Below the pieces are notes generated by a model, which worked only from the letters and a program-made list of their open reading frames with translations, was not told the DNA's origin and ran no database searches. A DNA stretch of 64,000 nt from the human T2T-CHM13v2.0 reference genome, Homo sapiens. Position numbers and translations under genes: made by a program. Below, in pieces: positions 41,326 through 58,645 of the stretch (its first letter is position 1; each line of letters starts with the position of its first letter). The DNA is taken from assembly GCF_009914755.1 (NCBI RefSeq), contig NC_060926.1, one strand, 5' to 3'.

Positions 41326-41823
41326 TTATAATGTTACAAATGTGTGTTGGTCAGGCTCAAAGCTGTCCTGCGGGGTGGAGCCAAGATGGCCGAATAGGAA
41401 CAGCTCCAGTCTACAGCTCCCAGCGTGAGCAATGCAGAAGACAGGTGATTTCTGCATTTCCAACTGAGGTACTGGGTTCATCTCACTGGGGAGTGCCAGA
41501 CAGTGGGTGAAGGACAGTGGGTGCAGCGCACCGTGCACAACCCGAAGCAGGGCGAGGCATTGCCTCACCCAGGAAGTGCAAGGGGTCAGGGAATTTCCTT
41601 TCCTAGTCAAAGAAAGGGGTGACAGACAGCACCTGGAAAATCGGGTCACTCCCACCCTAATACTGTGCTTTTCCAACGGGCTTAACAAACGGCACACCAG
41701 GAGATTATATGCCGCACCTGGCTCAGAGGGTCTTACGCCCACGGAGCCTCGCTCATTGCTAGCACAGCAGACTGAGATCAAACTGCAAGGCGGCAGCCAG
41801 GCTGGGGGAGGGGCGCCTGCCAT
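41326..41823 (-). CDS. ORF0: L1 antisense ORF0, extended 165-codon open frame (expression unknown)
   Basis: MAGAPPPAWLPPCSLISVCCASNERGSVGV matches the ORF0 N-terminus; frame open to a stop in flanking MER30. Confidence 0.5.
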   Translation of the reverse strand: MAGAPPPAWLPPCSLISVCCASNERGSVGVRPSEPGAAYNLLVCRLLSPLEKHSIRVGVTRFSRCCLSPLSLTRKGNSLTPCTSWVRQCLALLRVVHGALHPLSFTHCLALPSEMNPVPQLEMQKSPVFCIAHAGSCRLELFLFGHLGSTPQDSFEPDQHTFVTL

Positions 41824-42403
41824 TGCCGAGGCTTGAGTAGGTAAACAAAGCCGCCTGGAAGCTCGAACTGGGTGGAGCCCACCACAGCTCAAGGAGGCCT
41901 GCCTGCCTCTGTGGGCTTCACCTCTGGGGGCAGGGCACAGACAAACAAAAGGCAGCAGTAACCTCTGCAGACTTAAATGTCCCTGTCTGACAGCTTTGAA
42001 GAGAGTAGTGGTTCTCCCAGCATGGAGTTTGAGATCTGAGAACGGGCAGACTGCCTCCTCAAGTGGGTCCCTGACCCCCGAGTAGCCTAACTGGGAGGCA
42101 CCCCCCAGTAGGGGCGGACTGACACCTCACACGGCTGGGTACTCCTCTGAGACAAAACTTCCAGAGGAACGACCAGGCAGCAGCATTTGCGATTCTCCAA
42201 TATCTGCTGTTCAGCAGCCACCACTGCTGATACCCAAGCAAACAGAGTCTGGAGTGGACCTCCAGTAAACTCCAACAGACCTGCAGCTGAGGGTCCTAAC
42301 TGTTATGTTAGAAGGAAAACTAACAAAGAGAAAGGACATCCACACCAAAAACCCATCTGTATGTCACCTTCATCAAAGACCAAAGGTAGATAAAACCACA
42401 AAG
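41371..42403 (+). promoter_or_regulatory. L1 5'UTR internal sense and antisense promoter
   Basis: YY1 site caagatggcc at the 5' end; retains the about 129-bp segment (42146-42273) absent from L1PA2/L1HS. Confidence 0.8.
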
Positions 42404-43406
42404 ATGGGGAAAAAACAGAGCAGAAAAACTGGAAACTCTAAAAATCAGAGCGCCTCTCCTCCTCCAAAGGAATGCAGCTCTTCACCAGCAATGGAACAAA
42501 GCTGGATGATGAGTTGAGAGAAGAAGGCTTCAGAAGATCAAACTACTCCGAGCTAAAGGAGGAAGTTTGAACCAATGGCAAAGAAGTTAAAAACCATGAA
42601 AAAAATTAGACAAATGGCTAACTAGATTAACCAATGCAGAGAAGTCCTTAAAGGACCTGATGGAGCTGAAAACCATGGCATGAGAACTACGTGACGAATG
42701 CACAAGCCTCAGTAGCCGATTCGTTCAACTGGAAGAAAGGGTATCAGTGATGGAAGACGAAATGAATGAAATGAAGTCAGAAGAGAAGTTTAGAGAAAAA
42801 AGAATAAAAAGAAATGAACAAAGCCTCCAACAGATATGGGACTATGTGAAAAGACCAAATCTATGTCTGATTGGTGGACCTGAAAGTGATGGGGAGAATG
42901 GAACCAAGTTGGAAAACACTCTTCAGGATATTATCCAGGAGAACTTCCCCAATCTAGCAAGGCAGGCCAACATTCAAATTCAAGAAATACAGAGAATGCC
43001 ACAAAGATACTCCTCTAGAAGAGCAACTCCAAGACACATAATTGTCAGATTCACCAAAGTTGAACTGAAGGAAAAAATGTTAAGGGCAGCCAGAGAGAAA
43101 GGTCGGGTTACCCACAAAGGGAAGCCCATCAGACTAACAGCTGATCTCTTGGCAGAAACTCTATGAGCCAGAAGAGAGTGGGGGCCAATATTCAACATTC
43201 TTAAAGAAAAGAATTTTCAACCCAGAATTTCATATCCAGCCAAACTAAGCTTCATAAGTGAAGGAGAAATAAAATACTTTACAGAAAAGCAAATGCTGAG
43301 AGATTTCGTCACCTCCAAGCCTGCCCTAAAAGAGCTCCTGAAGGAAGCACTAAACATGGAAAGGAACAATTGGTACCAGCCACTGCAAAAACATGCCAAA
43401 TTGTAA
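42404..43406 (+). pseudogene. L1 ORF1p, disrupted
   Basis: MGKKQSRKTGNSKNQSASPPPKE...; deletion/frameshift near 42510 and internal stops. Confidence 0.93.
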
Positions 43407-43468
43407 AACCATCAAGGCTAGGAAGAAACTACATCAACTAACGAGCAAAATAACCAGCTAACATCATA

Positions 43469-47280
<3,812 letters not shown>

Positions 47281-48748
47281 ACAATGAGAACACATGGACA
47301 CAGGAAGGGGAACCTCACACACTGGGGACTGTTTTGGGGTGGGGGAGGGGGGAGGGATAGCATTAGGAGATATACGTAATGCCAAATGATGAGTTAATGG
47401 GTGCAGCACACCAAAATGGCACATGTATACATATGTAACAAACCTGCATGTTGTGCACATGTACCCTAAAACTTAAAGTATAATGATAATAAAATAAAAT
47501 AAAATAAGCTGTCCTGTGGTGCATGTAGCCTGCAGCCTGCAGGTTGGGCAAGCTTGACTTATCATAATATTTTCATGGCTAATCCCTGTTGTAACTTTTA
47601 ATGGCTGTATAATAATCTACTCTATTGATGTGTCACATATTGTTTATGTTTTCATTAATTGATGGACATTTGGATTGTTACTACCTTTAGGCTATGAGGA
47701 ATAAAGTTTCTAAAGATTTCATGTGCAAGTTTTTATATGGCCACATATTTTTAATTTTCTTGAGTATATACCAAGGAGTGAAATTCCTGGGTCAAATGAT
47801 GACTCTGTTTTAACATTTTTGTGGAACTGTCAAACTGTTTTCCAAAACAATTGCATGGTTTTGCATTCTCAGCTGCAATGTATGAAGGTTCAAGTTCTCC
47901 ATATTGTCATCGATACCTATTATTGTTTATCTTTTTTATTATAGTCACCTAATGATATGGGACGTATCTCATTGTGGTTATGATTTGCATTTCTCTAAGA
48001 ACTAATAATATTAAACATTTTTCATGTGCTATTGTAATTAAAATTTTTTTTATTTCATTTTTGGGTCATGCATTGCTAGTGTATAAAAATAAAACTCAAC
48101 TCTTTTTTAGCACTGAAAGATTTTTTTGTGGATTACTTAGAATTTTCTATATGTAAAATCATGTCATCTGCAAATAGAAATAATTTCCCTTTTTCTTTTC
48201 CAACCTGGGTGCCTTTTATTTATTTTTCTTGCCTTATTTCCTTAGCTAGAACCTCCTATATGACATTGAATAGTGATGGTGATATTGAACATTCTTACTT
48301 CTACTCTCTGAAGGATAGCAAGGGAATGAAATTTTAAATTAAGTAGTCAATGTGGTCTTCAATAAAAAGTAGCATTTGAAAACAATTGGAGGAAATTGAG
48401 AAGTACATATGTAGCTATCTGGGTGGGGGGGAAATCTTCCAAAAGAAATATGTAGATTTAGGAGTTACTGATATAAAAATTCTGTTTAAAGCCAGAAGAC
48501 CAATGAGTTCACCAAGGGAATGAATGTGAAGAGAAAGAGAAAAGCCAAAGAATGAGCCCTGGGACACAGGGGGTTAAGAAGCCAAGGGAAAGATAAAGGA
48601 ACCAGCAAGGGAGACTAATAGTGAAAAACCAGGTTAGTAGGAGAGGAGAGTACATGGTGTGCTGAAAGAGAAGTGGAGGAGAGAGTGTCAGTTCTGTTAA
48701 TACTTTACATCTTTTGAAGAACTGTGTTGGCTTCTTCAGCTTCTGAGA

Positions 48749-48788
48749 GATAGATAACATCTTGGTGCGATAGATAACATCTTGGTGC
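48749..48788. repeat. perfect 20-bp tandem duplication
   Basis: gatagataacatcttggtgc x2. Confidence 0.95.
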
Positions 48789-50374
48789 CCTTACCTGTCA
48801 AATGAGAGTCTCCTGACCTCGGGTTCTGGGACTTGGCTTTCCACAGCTATGGAATAATGATGGACAGGCTCTGGCAGGTGGGGAGTGGGTGGAGGGGCAG
48901 AACTGACAGAGCTTTCATACAGCTCCTCTCCTTGTGGTTGTGTTTGCTTAGAGGTTTGCGCTTGTCTCCACAGTTGTTTTGAGCTGCTAATCAAGTGTGC
49001 CAGATTTTCAGCTTCTGGTTTGCAAACTCCAATTCTGTCAGTTTTATCCCATTGGAGCAAGAGTTAATTAAAGCAAGATTAAAATGTTAATAATTTTGGG
49101 GGCAATATGGCAAAAGCTTGGAATCTCTGGAGGTTGAATAAGAAAGTTTTTCATGGAAACTGAAAGCATAAGGCAGTGAAAAAAATCCATCTAAATTGTC
49201 AAGCAAGTCTAATTTCAGTATTGAATATTTGCTTTTGAGAACAATTATGATTTTTATCATTTGAAAAGAAGTTTATGATGTTCCATTGCTCAGTGAGTAT
49301 GCAGGCTATTAAAGTCACAAACGTGGGACCAAATACAGTCCAGGGATTTGGGGGATAATGTAAATTGCATCTCTTGGAGTTGTTTTCACAGCTTATACTC
49401 TTGCCAGCTGCATTATCCATATCTCTAGTCATGACAATAGGAACCATTCCTGGCCTATTGCAGAAACCCAAAGACTATTTATGAAACAGGAAAATGAAAA
49501 GACCAGCCATCTTGAGTTCATCGTTCTTCTTTGACTTCCTGCTCAACATTGCTTTAGTCTTGGAGTGCCAAGATTTTCCTTTTCAGATACATAAGAAATG
49601 GATCTTCTGCCTTTCCTAGAAGAGCTTCTCATCATGCTTCAGAGGCCAGCCTTAGCTGTCGATCTTGTTTTGCGGTCTTCTCCTGTGCATGGCTCTGAAG
49701 GGGGCTCGGGCTTCCATTCAGCCCTTGCTACGCACAATCAAGATTTCATTTCTGGGGTCAACTTCTCAACAGTGCCAGTGCCCTTGATGTCTACTCCCTA
49801 TTGGCTGTGTCCCACACAGGACCAAGCTCACATGACATTGTTCACAATATGTGACTGCTCTCTGGGGCTTTGTGGCCCAGAACATACTGTTTAAAGTAAT
49901 GTGTGTGAAAGGAATGGTCTAGAACAGTCTATTTTGTGTTAAATAAACCAAATACATGCTCCACAGTGGCAGCAGATGTGTGGAGGTTTTAAACCACTGC
50001 TCCTTTACTGAGCTGCCATTCTGCGTTGGAATTGATGCTTTGAACTATGGTTGCTGCAGTCTAGTTTCCTGTATGCGTTCCTCACTGTGTGATGCTCACT
50101 TCTGATTTGTAGCTGCAGTTCTTCTTCCTGGTAAATATGTGGTCCCATGCTTTGAGGGCTCTGAGCAACCTCAGGGAAGGAATCAGTCAGCTACAGAGAA
50201 GGTGGCAACTCCACCAGCTGAGCCTAAAAAAAATGGATTAAATGAGTGAATACATGTATAATACTTTAGCATAAGTCTCAGGTTATCACTATTAGGATTA
50301 TCTGAGGATTTTTTACAAATGGTCCTTCCCTGATCTCCAGGCTGGATAGCTTCCATTTGATCCTCAAGTTGCAT

Positions 50375-50860
50375 TTTTTGGCAGCCCTCCTCCATATCCA
50401 TGCTGTGTGCTCCTGGAGGCCAGCTTGTATGGACTGACTCCATCCTGCCCCCCTTCACCCCCTCATTCCCATTCCTTCTTTCTCTGGCTTTGGGTTGGGT
50501 TCAGCCAGTGAGGACCCTGGAAGGAATTCTGCAGGAGGAGGAAGGAGAGTGCATGCTATGGGCATTATTTCCTTTCTGCCTTGTAGGGTCACCTGAGGTT
50601 CGTTGGTCTTAGGCAGGAAGGTCACAGCTCCTGTTAGCTCTTCCACACTGCTTCTCTTTCTCCAGGTTCCTATACCTGTCCTCTCCCCTGGACACTTCAG
50701 GCCTGGATGTGGGAAGACTCACTCTCAGTCCCAGGCTACTGCAATGTCCTTTGCATCTTCTCTACATTCTGCCTGCTCTCTTACAGAGAATCTTTCGTTA
50801 ATCCTTCCTTCAATTACTCGATTTGAGTGTTCCATCTGTTGCTGGGTAAGACTGAATAAT
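50375..50860 (+). mobile_element. LTR33-type ERVL LTR
   Basis: ctctggctttgggttgggttcagccagtgagga ... gaaggtcacagctcctgt ... tttgagtgttccatctgtt. Confidence 0.7.
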
Positions 50861-53000
50861 CCACATTCCTATTGCTTTTCACCACTACCAAGGCAAAACA
50901 GGGAAGCCTGCACCCCTTGCCTCTTCTGCTGTTTCTGGCTATACTTCATTGGCCTCTTTTATCCTGCAAGACTTCATTATCCCAAAACCATTTGATAGGG
51001 CAATTTGTGTGCTCATCTCTGTGTTGAATGTGTTACCCAGCCATTTTTTAAATGAAAGTCCGGTCCAAAAGCAAAGACAGATCTCAGCAAGATTCATCAA
51101 GCAGTTTGCAGTCACCCTCTTGAGCTGTCACTACCAGGCCTCCCTGAGCTCTGCTTCTGCCTGACAGTCACCTTTCTCTGAGCATGCCATACATAGCAAG
51201 TCTTATGCTGATAGGATCTGGCCCTGAAGTTGGAGTTCAAGTTGATGCTGGAAAACATTTAGAGAACTAGATGAGAAAAGTTTTAGAGTCCTAGACAACT
51301 CTGAGGATCTCCAGAAATTTGAGAAGAGGACTTTTTTAGTTAGAAGAACTCCGTTTATATCCACAGCATAGAGAGAAGAAGTTTGTATGTAATTGTCGTG
51401 TGTTTACCTCCCTTCACCCCACTTCTTCTCTAGACTTTCTAATACCTGACATAGTTCTAGATACACAGAATGGGCCTGGAATCCATCAGCTTTCACCTTC
51501 TTTGTTAGCTAATGCATTTTTTTTTTTTTTTTGCCATATAGTGAGAGTTGAGCAGTCAAAATGGTCACTAGCTCTAGCTCACAATATCATATTCCCAGGG
51601 AGTTTCTTGGGCCAGTCGGAGAACAGAGGCCATTAAAAAGATGTGATACTAAGACATGGTGGAGCACTCACTGAAAAAGTTGAGAGGTCAAGTAAGGTAA
51701 TCTAATGAGCCCTCTCAAGACCACACATGTCTTGAGAAGGCCTAAGAAGATGCTCCAGAGATCTTAGAGTTGGTTCAGAATCATCACTCTATAATATGAA
51801 ACAAGCCCTCTTGATTATATTCAATAGGAATTTGAATGCATATTGTTTTCCATATCTGAATAGGCCTAGTTCTCTGTCTGCCATGACAGACAATGTACTT
51901 CCTGTGCAAATAATGGCCTGTGATGAAAAGTGTTTGTCAAAAAGAAAGTTAAGACTCAGGAAAATTAAAAATAATCTTTCCAGTGCAGTTTTTTCTCTGA
52001 GAGAGAATTGAGACCTACCTTCCTTATTTGAGATCTGGTGAGAGGTCTAGTCTTCTCAGGGGGATAAAAACTAATCTTGTAGGAATATACAAATGCAAAT
52101 CATTTCATCAAAGACTGTAGCCACTATGTAATAAATGGATCTTTATTTTACACGTATTAATGCTGATATGATATTGAAGCCATGGCAATGTGTTATGCTA
52201 GTGAGGGAAAGGGTTAGAAGAGCTGATGTATTCATACGTGGATTTCTCAGACTGACTGAAACTTTTAGGCTCCTTTCTCTGATATGATTAATTCTAGAAT
52301 TTTTAGTTTTTGAATGTGGTAATGCAGACATCAACAGGATCTAGGTGTGAGTGCCTCAGACTGTTCAGATTGGGCAGGAGTCTATTTCCTGTTTTGATTC
52401 CAGGTCCTTTTAATGACAAAGCCCAATATTTTATTAACTATTTTCCCTAGAGCTGTCTGTAAAGGTAAAGGATTTAGGAAATGTTCTATGGAAGTTCCGT
52501 AATTCTTGTTTTAAGACACAGCTGATGTTTCAGAGTTCATCACTCTTTAAAAATTGAAGAATTTCTCCAGTTGCATGATGCAATACTTTTCACACTGAAT
52601 TTATCTTTCCACTCTTTGTCTAATCCTGAAGCCTCCAAATGTTTTCTACTTTCTATCAATTTGGTTTTAAAAGCAAAAGACTTATAGTCAATTGAGACAC
52701 GAGGCTCTCACTGAATTTCTTTTCATTACCATTCATGGGATGTTAAATGGGATTTGTGCTTAGTACAATCTTTTGGCTATGTTACTCTTTACACCTGTGT
52801 ACAGAGAGAATTGCCCATCTATCCCTACTCCATGTTTCAGTCTTAAAAACCAGTCCTTGATCCTTGGCAAACAATTCTTTCAAATCCAAGGTTAATCCAT
52901 TTTCAGTGGCCTTAGATGTGAACACTGCTAAGTGGCTTAAAAAGTGTATTTCCACTCATTTAGTCTTAGGCACCTCAGGTCAGGGTAATTTGCCTTGGAG

Positions 53001-53412
53001 TACTGGTTTCCAATGAGGGTGCTGGGGACCCCAGAAGGACATGGAGCCTTTCGCAAGGGGCGCAAATCCATATACTCTTCTGGCACATATTATTTTTTTC
53101 TGGTTTTGTAGCATACACACATTGTTACTGATCTGCTGATGTGCCTCAGTGATGGGAAGCAGCATCAGGCAGAAAAAAAATCTTGCACATTTATGTACTA
53201 ATCTTTGAAATGCATACATTTGTCGATAAATTCGTGATTTATAAAATACAGATTATCTTAAAAGAATTGCAAAATTCATAGAATCTTTTAAGTAGAATGT
53301 ATAAATCAATACATATTAAAATTTAGAGAAAAATAATTTCTTGACATTTTAAAGGAGACTTACTCCCCACAAAAGTGGGTATCTCTGCCTTGGAAGAAGG
53401 TAACAGATACTG
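53001..53412. mobile_element. diverged hAT-Charlie MITE-like element hosting the 68-bp copy
   Basis: ends tactggtttccaa ... aaggtaacagatactg resemble Charlie TIRs. Confidence 0.35.
53103..53170 (-). repeat. inverted locally templated copy of 54888-54955
   Basis: 64/68 identical; ORF track shows twin peptides LMLLPITEAHQQISNNVCMLQN and LMLLHITEAHQHVSNHVCMLQN. Confidence 0.95.
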
Positions 53413-54129
53413 GGTCAGCTGGAGGACCCTATATTGATGCTAGGAGGAAGACAACATTCCACTCTGCAGCTTCTCAGAATTTTCCTACAATAGGTGCAGG
53501 TCACAAGGATACTGCTGGTCAATTCAGCAATACCCTTAAACCAAGGATATTAATTTACTCCACCCTTTTATTATTTACTTCTTTCCAAAATCTGGATGAG
53601 TAACTTCTGTGGGTCAAGTTAGTTATTGGCTGAGTTATCGGCATTTATTTAATAACCAGCCCATCTGTTAGTACCTTTCCCTTGTTCATAGCCATTCAAA
53701 TTGCTCCTGACTACAAGCAATAAAATAAGATTAATGCTTTTGAAAATATACCTTGATTACAGACTGCAGCCACTTTATCATATCCACAAGTGTTAACTGT
53801 TCTCACTGTGGGGGTCCAAGTTGGCAATATATGTCACAGTACACGATGAGCGGTAAAGTACTAACCAACTGCAATTCTTTTTATTGATATGGAAGTATAA
53901 CACTTGCTCCCTAATCTGAAAACATAACATCAGACTGATGAGGTACACAGAATATAGAACATAAAGATGTTAACATTGGTGGCACCATAGAATAGGAGGT
54001 GGAGGCCGTTGCAGGTTGAGTTTGTTGGGAAAGGTTTTAGGTAAGAAATGGAACAATAGGTAGGATTTAAAAGATGAGGAAGGAAGGTCGTGGGAGTGCC
54101 TTCTATGCTTGGCAGTGCACTCAGAATTT

Positions 54130-54295
54130 AACATACACTGTGGCACTTAATCTTCATATTAGCTCTATAAGGCAGGAAAATTGTTATCCCCCATTGTACT
54201 GATAAGAACACTGCGTGTTGGAAATTAAGCGGCATTGATTCCAAGTTTACACAGATTAAAACAACTGCAGAGCCAGGGTTTGAATCTAGATCTGT
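54130..54295 (-). mobile_element. MIR SINE
   Basis: ttaatcttcat...ttatcccccattgtactgataagaacactg...gcagagccagggtttgaatctagatctg. Confidence 0.7.
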
Positions 54296-54482
54296 TTCCC
54301 AAATACATTAAGAAAATAGAATTTAAATATCCATCAGAAAGATAGAATTTAAATAGTTTTTTTCTTTATCCAATTACACATTTTTATTTATAAGTTATAT
54401 AAAAAGATAGCCAGCCAGTATGATGTATATGCAAATATAGCTCCATGCGGTCATCATGACATGGAATTCTGAAGAAAGCTTT

Positions 54483-55093
54483 TGTATCATTCGAGGTTCA
54501 ACCAGAAAAGCAGAGCCAGCAGAACCAGGAGACCAATCGATTTATCATCTATCTTTCTATCTATTTATCTATCATTCATCAATTATCAATGTACGGATTT
54601 ATTATAAAGAATTGGCTTTTTTAATTGTGGGGGCTGGTTAAATAGTCCTTGTTAGACTGTCTCCACCTCTCATGCTGGATCTTGAAGTCCAAGGCAGACA
54701 GTCAGGAAAGGAAGATCACAAGCAGGCCGGAATACCACGAGCACAGGTGAAACTCTACAAACATAAGCTAGATCCCCACAATGATGCACTGAAATCTGTG
54801 TCTGTTCTTGTTGCCTCTGCCTTTTGTGAGGAGGTAACTTGTACAAGCTGGGGACCTTTGTAATAGACTTAAAACAGATATATCTGGGCCTGATGCTGCT
54901 TCACATCACTGAGGCACATCAGCATGTCAGTAACCATGTGTGTATGCTACAAAACGGCTGCTGTTTTCCCTCTACCCTCTGTCCAAAATTTCCTGAGAAT
55001 CTCCCTTGTGCCTATTCTATCCAGACATGTACAATAAAGGGAACTCTGGGAAGTGTAGTTCAGCCTACCCAAGTAGATACATCACAAAGCCAT
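54483..55093 (-). mobile_element. ERVL solo LTR (LTR41/LTR52-like)
   Basis: tgtatcattcgaggttcaaccagaaaagcag ... gggaactctgggaagtgtagttcagcctacccaagtagatacatcaca. Confidence 0.7.
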
Positions 55094-55346
55094 TTTGCCT
55101 TCTTTTTTTTCTAAGCAGCAGAGTTCTTATTCTGATAACATTCACTGACTCTGCTGTAGGACTAGATATACCAGCACAAAAGTAGGCTGGTTTGTGAGAG
55201 ATCATTCAGTCAAGGCATTGTACATAATTAATCTTAGTAGTTTGAGGGCAGAAAGAGTCAGTCATCATTTGCACAAATGAAGACCTTGTAATCTATGGAG
55301 GGGCCATTTCAATTGCTATTCTAATCACAGTAAGAATAAAGCAGAA

Positions 55347-55708
<362 letters not shown>

Positions 55709-57779
55709 TCAGGGCACATAACCACTTAATTTTTTCCATAGAAAAGTGAATGGACATTTTTGATGACTTGGATACCTGCTTTTGAATCAAAACACATAGA
55801 TTTTAAGTATTTGTCTCAAATATTCTTTCCTCAGAAGTCATTGACCATGCCTTTTCTTGAAGCCTAGTTATACAGAACTAAAGAATTTTCATAGGCATAA
55901 ACAAGGAAGAATTTAAATTAATGTGTAAAATTGGGTATCTTAACTTAGGTACTCCACTGCAGTATGTAAATATCAAGGTAGCAAATATATAACTGGATAG
56001 TGTTAGGTATGAGACTGCAAAGCAAAATGATGTATGTGCTACTAGAATTCTTCAGAATGATGTGTAATCCAGTTTCAGATATAGGCTAAACAAATTCATG
56101 CATTTTTGAGTATTTCATAATACATTTTCTAACAAAAAATAAACCATTCATTTGATCCATCTGCAATTATTTTGGAGCACTATATGCACAGGAGACACTA
56201 CTGCTGGAGCTGAAATGATGGTGATGAGAAAGATGTGTGGTATCTGTTGACAGGTAACTCAGTCTAATTGGGACAAATAAAACACAATACAAGACAAAAA
56301 TAAGTTCCATTATTAGGAGTACCAGAAAGTGCTTTTGGGTACCACGAATGGGCAGATTCCTTCCAAATGAGAGAGCATCTATCTGAGTTGGACCTTGAAA
56401 GTCGGGTGGGTGAGGTTTTTTTCAGATGGAGTTGTGGGGAGGCACTCTATGCATTGTTTAATTTGACTTTGTCTGGTTTAAAAGGCCAGGTGAAGATAGA
56501 AGATATGAAATTTTAAAAGGGTACTTAACTCTTGATTTTTCAATTTTTCCTTTCATTGCAATGATTGGGACTTAAAGTGTTTACAATTAAAGTTAATGAA
56601 CGTTTTATTGCTCATGACAGTTCACAGCAAATTAGACTCTTGCTTTCTTCTCAAAATGGGAGAAGGCCCCAGGCAACCTCTCCCTGAAGCCAGAGCTGTG
56701 CAGTGCTAGGCTCTGCAGGACACTTTGTTGGGGGTGAAATTTCAAGCAGGGATACTGCAGGGAGGGATCTGCTACAAAATGCACAAAGATTACTTGGAAG
56801 CTGAATGCTGAAAACAACCTGGTGGAGCTAAGGGAACCGGAGACGTGTCGCTTCTGCCCTGGGGCACCTTGCAGATTCTGTGGATGTTGGCTTCACCCTA
56901 TGATTTGGCACTGGAGGAGAGGTTGAACCCTAGAGTACCTGCCCTGACCTGACACTCCCTCCTCCTGGCCTCTGTCCCATCTCTGAGGATAAACTCTGCC
57001 CTTTAAAATTTTTTTTGTGGTTGGTAAAGATATGCAGTGTGTTTTTATTGACTTTTTAAGGGGACTTTCAACAATATTCTATTGTATATATCCTGGGGTG
57101 ATGTAATACAGAGTAGGGTTGGGGCCCCTCCCTCTTTTTCTGGAGCAGTGTGGTAGTCCTAGCCCGGGGGCCTGTAGCTCTGTGTCACAGTCCCAGTAGG
57201 GCTGTGTTTTCTGGGCTCCCCAATCTGGCTTCAGTAGCCCCTTTTCTAAGATAGGACAGCTGCACCAGAACAAACAGTACTTCATGGAGGTGTCTCCTGG
57301 GTTCTGCAAACTCCCATCCCCAGCCCCCAACAGGAACAGCTTAGCTGTTTACATTTCCATATTAATTTTCATTTTTAAAATGATTTCCATGACTAAAACT
57401 GTTTTAAAACACCCGATTGAATGCTCTCAAAGGGTCCTATGACTCTCAAATTCGATGCTTACATTAATCACAAATCAACTATAGTGACTCCTAAAACCAC
57501 ATCTGCCCCATCGGACCATCTGCTGGACCTTCTCAACAGAATATTAACAGGACCATTTCTCTCCACACATGGCTCTACTTGTCCTCCACAAATAGATGCT
57601 GACATCTTTTCTGGCTGCCCGTCCTGTGTTTGTTCAGAATGAGGGCTGCATAGTAAGAACGGGTTGGGAAAGGAGTTCCCGCCCATGAAGAATGCACATA
57701 GGAGGCTTCAGCAGTGGTATTGAGGGAAGTGTATGTGGTGCTGGGCTCAATGTAACCACACCGAGCTAGTCGCTGTCTG

Positions 57780-58530
57780 TGCCCAGACCTACCTCTGGGT
57801 GCTCACTTCTGCTTCAGTCCCACATTCACAGCTTCCTGATCCAGATGCCTACTTGCACAGCTGTCCCACACTTGCCAATCTCTATAGCACATCTCACTGC
57901 AAAAAAAAAAAAAAAAAAAGTATTTCTTACTTTAAAGCTGGTTCTTCTTCTTGACTTCCTGGTCAGGTTAAAGGTCTCAGAGCCAGCTGTAACATCTCCC
58001 GTCTTCACCTCATGTACCTGTTTATCCAGTCCCTGGATCCCTTTTCGTGTCTTCTGGTTCACACCTCTCTTTTGCCTTTACCACTCCTCTTGTTGAGTTT
58101 CTAATCATTGCCCCACTACCATGAACATAGAACAGATATTCCTGACTCTATCATCCCGCCACTCCAATCCTTCAAGGAGGGGGCTTGAGACCAATGTTTC
58201 TGAAGAATCATGTAGAGTGTCAATATCTCCAGTCAAATTCATGTGGTTCTGCATTCAATTCACAGTCTTCACATTCAGAACCTCACTCCATCCTCCTCTG
58301 ACCCCAATGGGGCTTCATCTGATCTTTATGAATAAGAATTATCTTACCATCAACTTACTGAAATACTTCCTCTCCCCTAAATCAGGGTTATTTCTGCCAC
58401 CGTACTGTTCAAGTTGTTGTCTCTCTGGAACCTATCCCAGCTCATCCTCAAGGACCCATGCAAGCCTTGCCTTCTGTGTGAAACCTTCCTCAACAATCCC
58501 TAGTGAATTAGACTTCTCCCTACATCTCAG
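57780..58530 (+). mobile_element. L2 LINE fragment
   Basis: ccagatgcctacttgcacagctg...cacatctcac; tctctctggaacctatcccagctcatcctcaaggaccc...cttctgtgtgaaaccttcc. Confidence 0.55.
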
Positions 58531-58597
58531 CCCCATCAGGCTCTTCCATTTGTCAGTGCACAGAATACTGTCAGGTTCTGCTTCTTAGTGTTTTGGG

Positions 58598-58600
<3 letters not shown>

Positions 58601-58644
<44 letters not shown>
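58601..58644. repeat. (TG)22 microsatellite
   Basis: seen directly. Confidence 0.98.
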
Positions 58645-58645
<1 letters not shown>

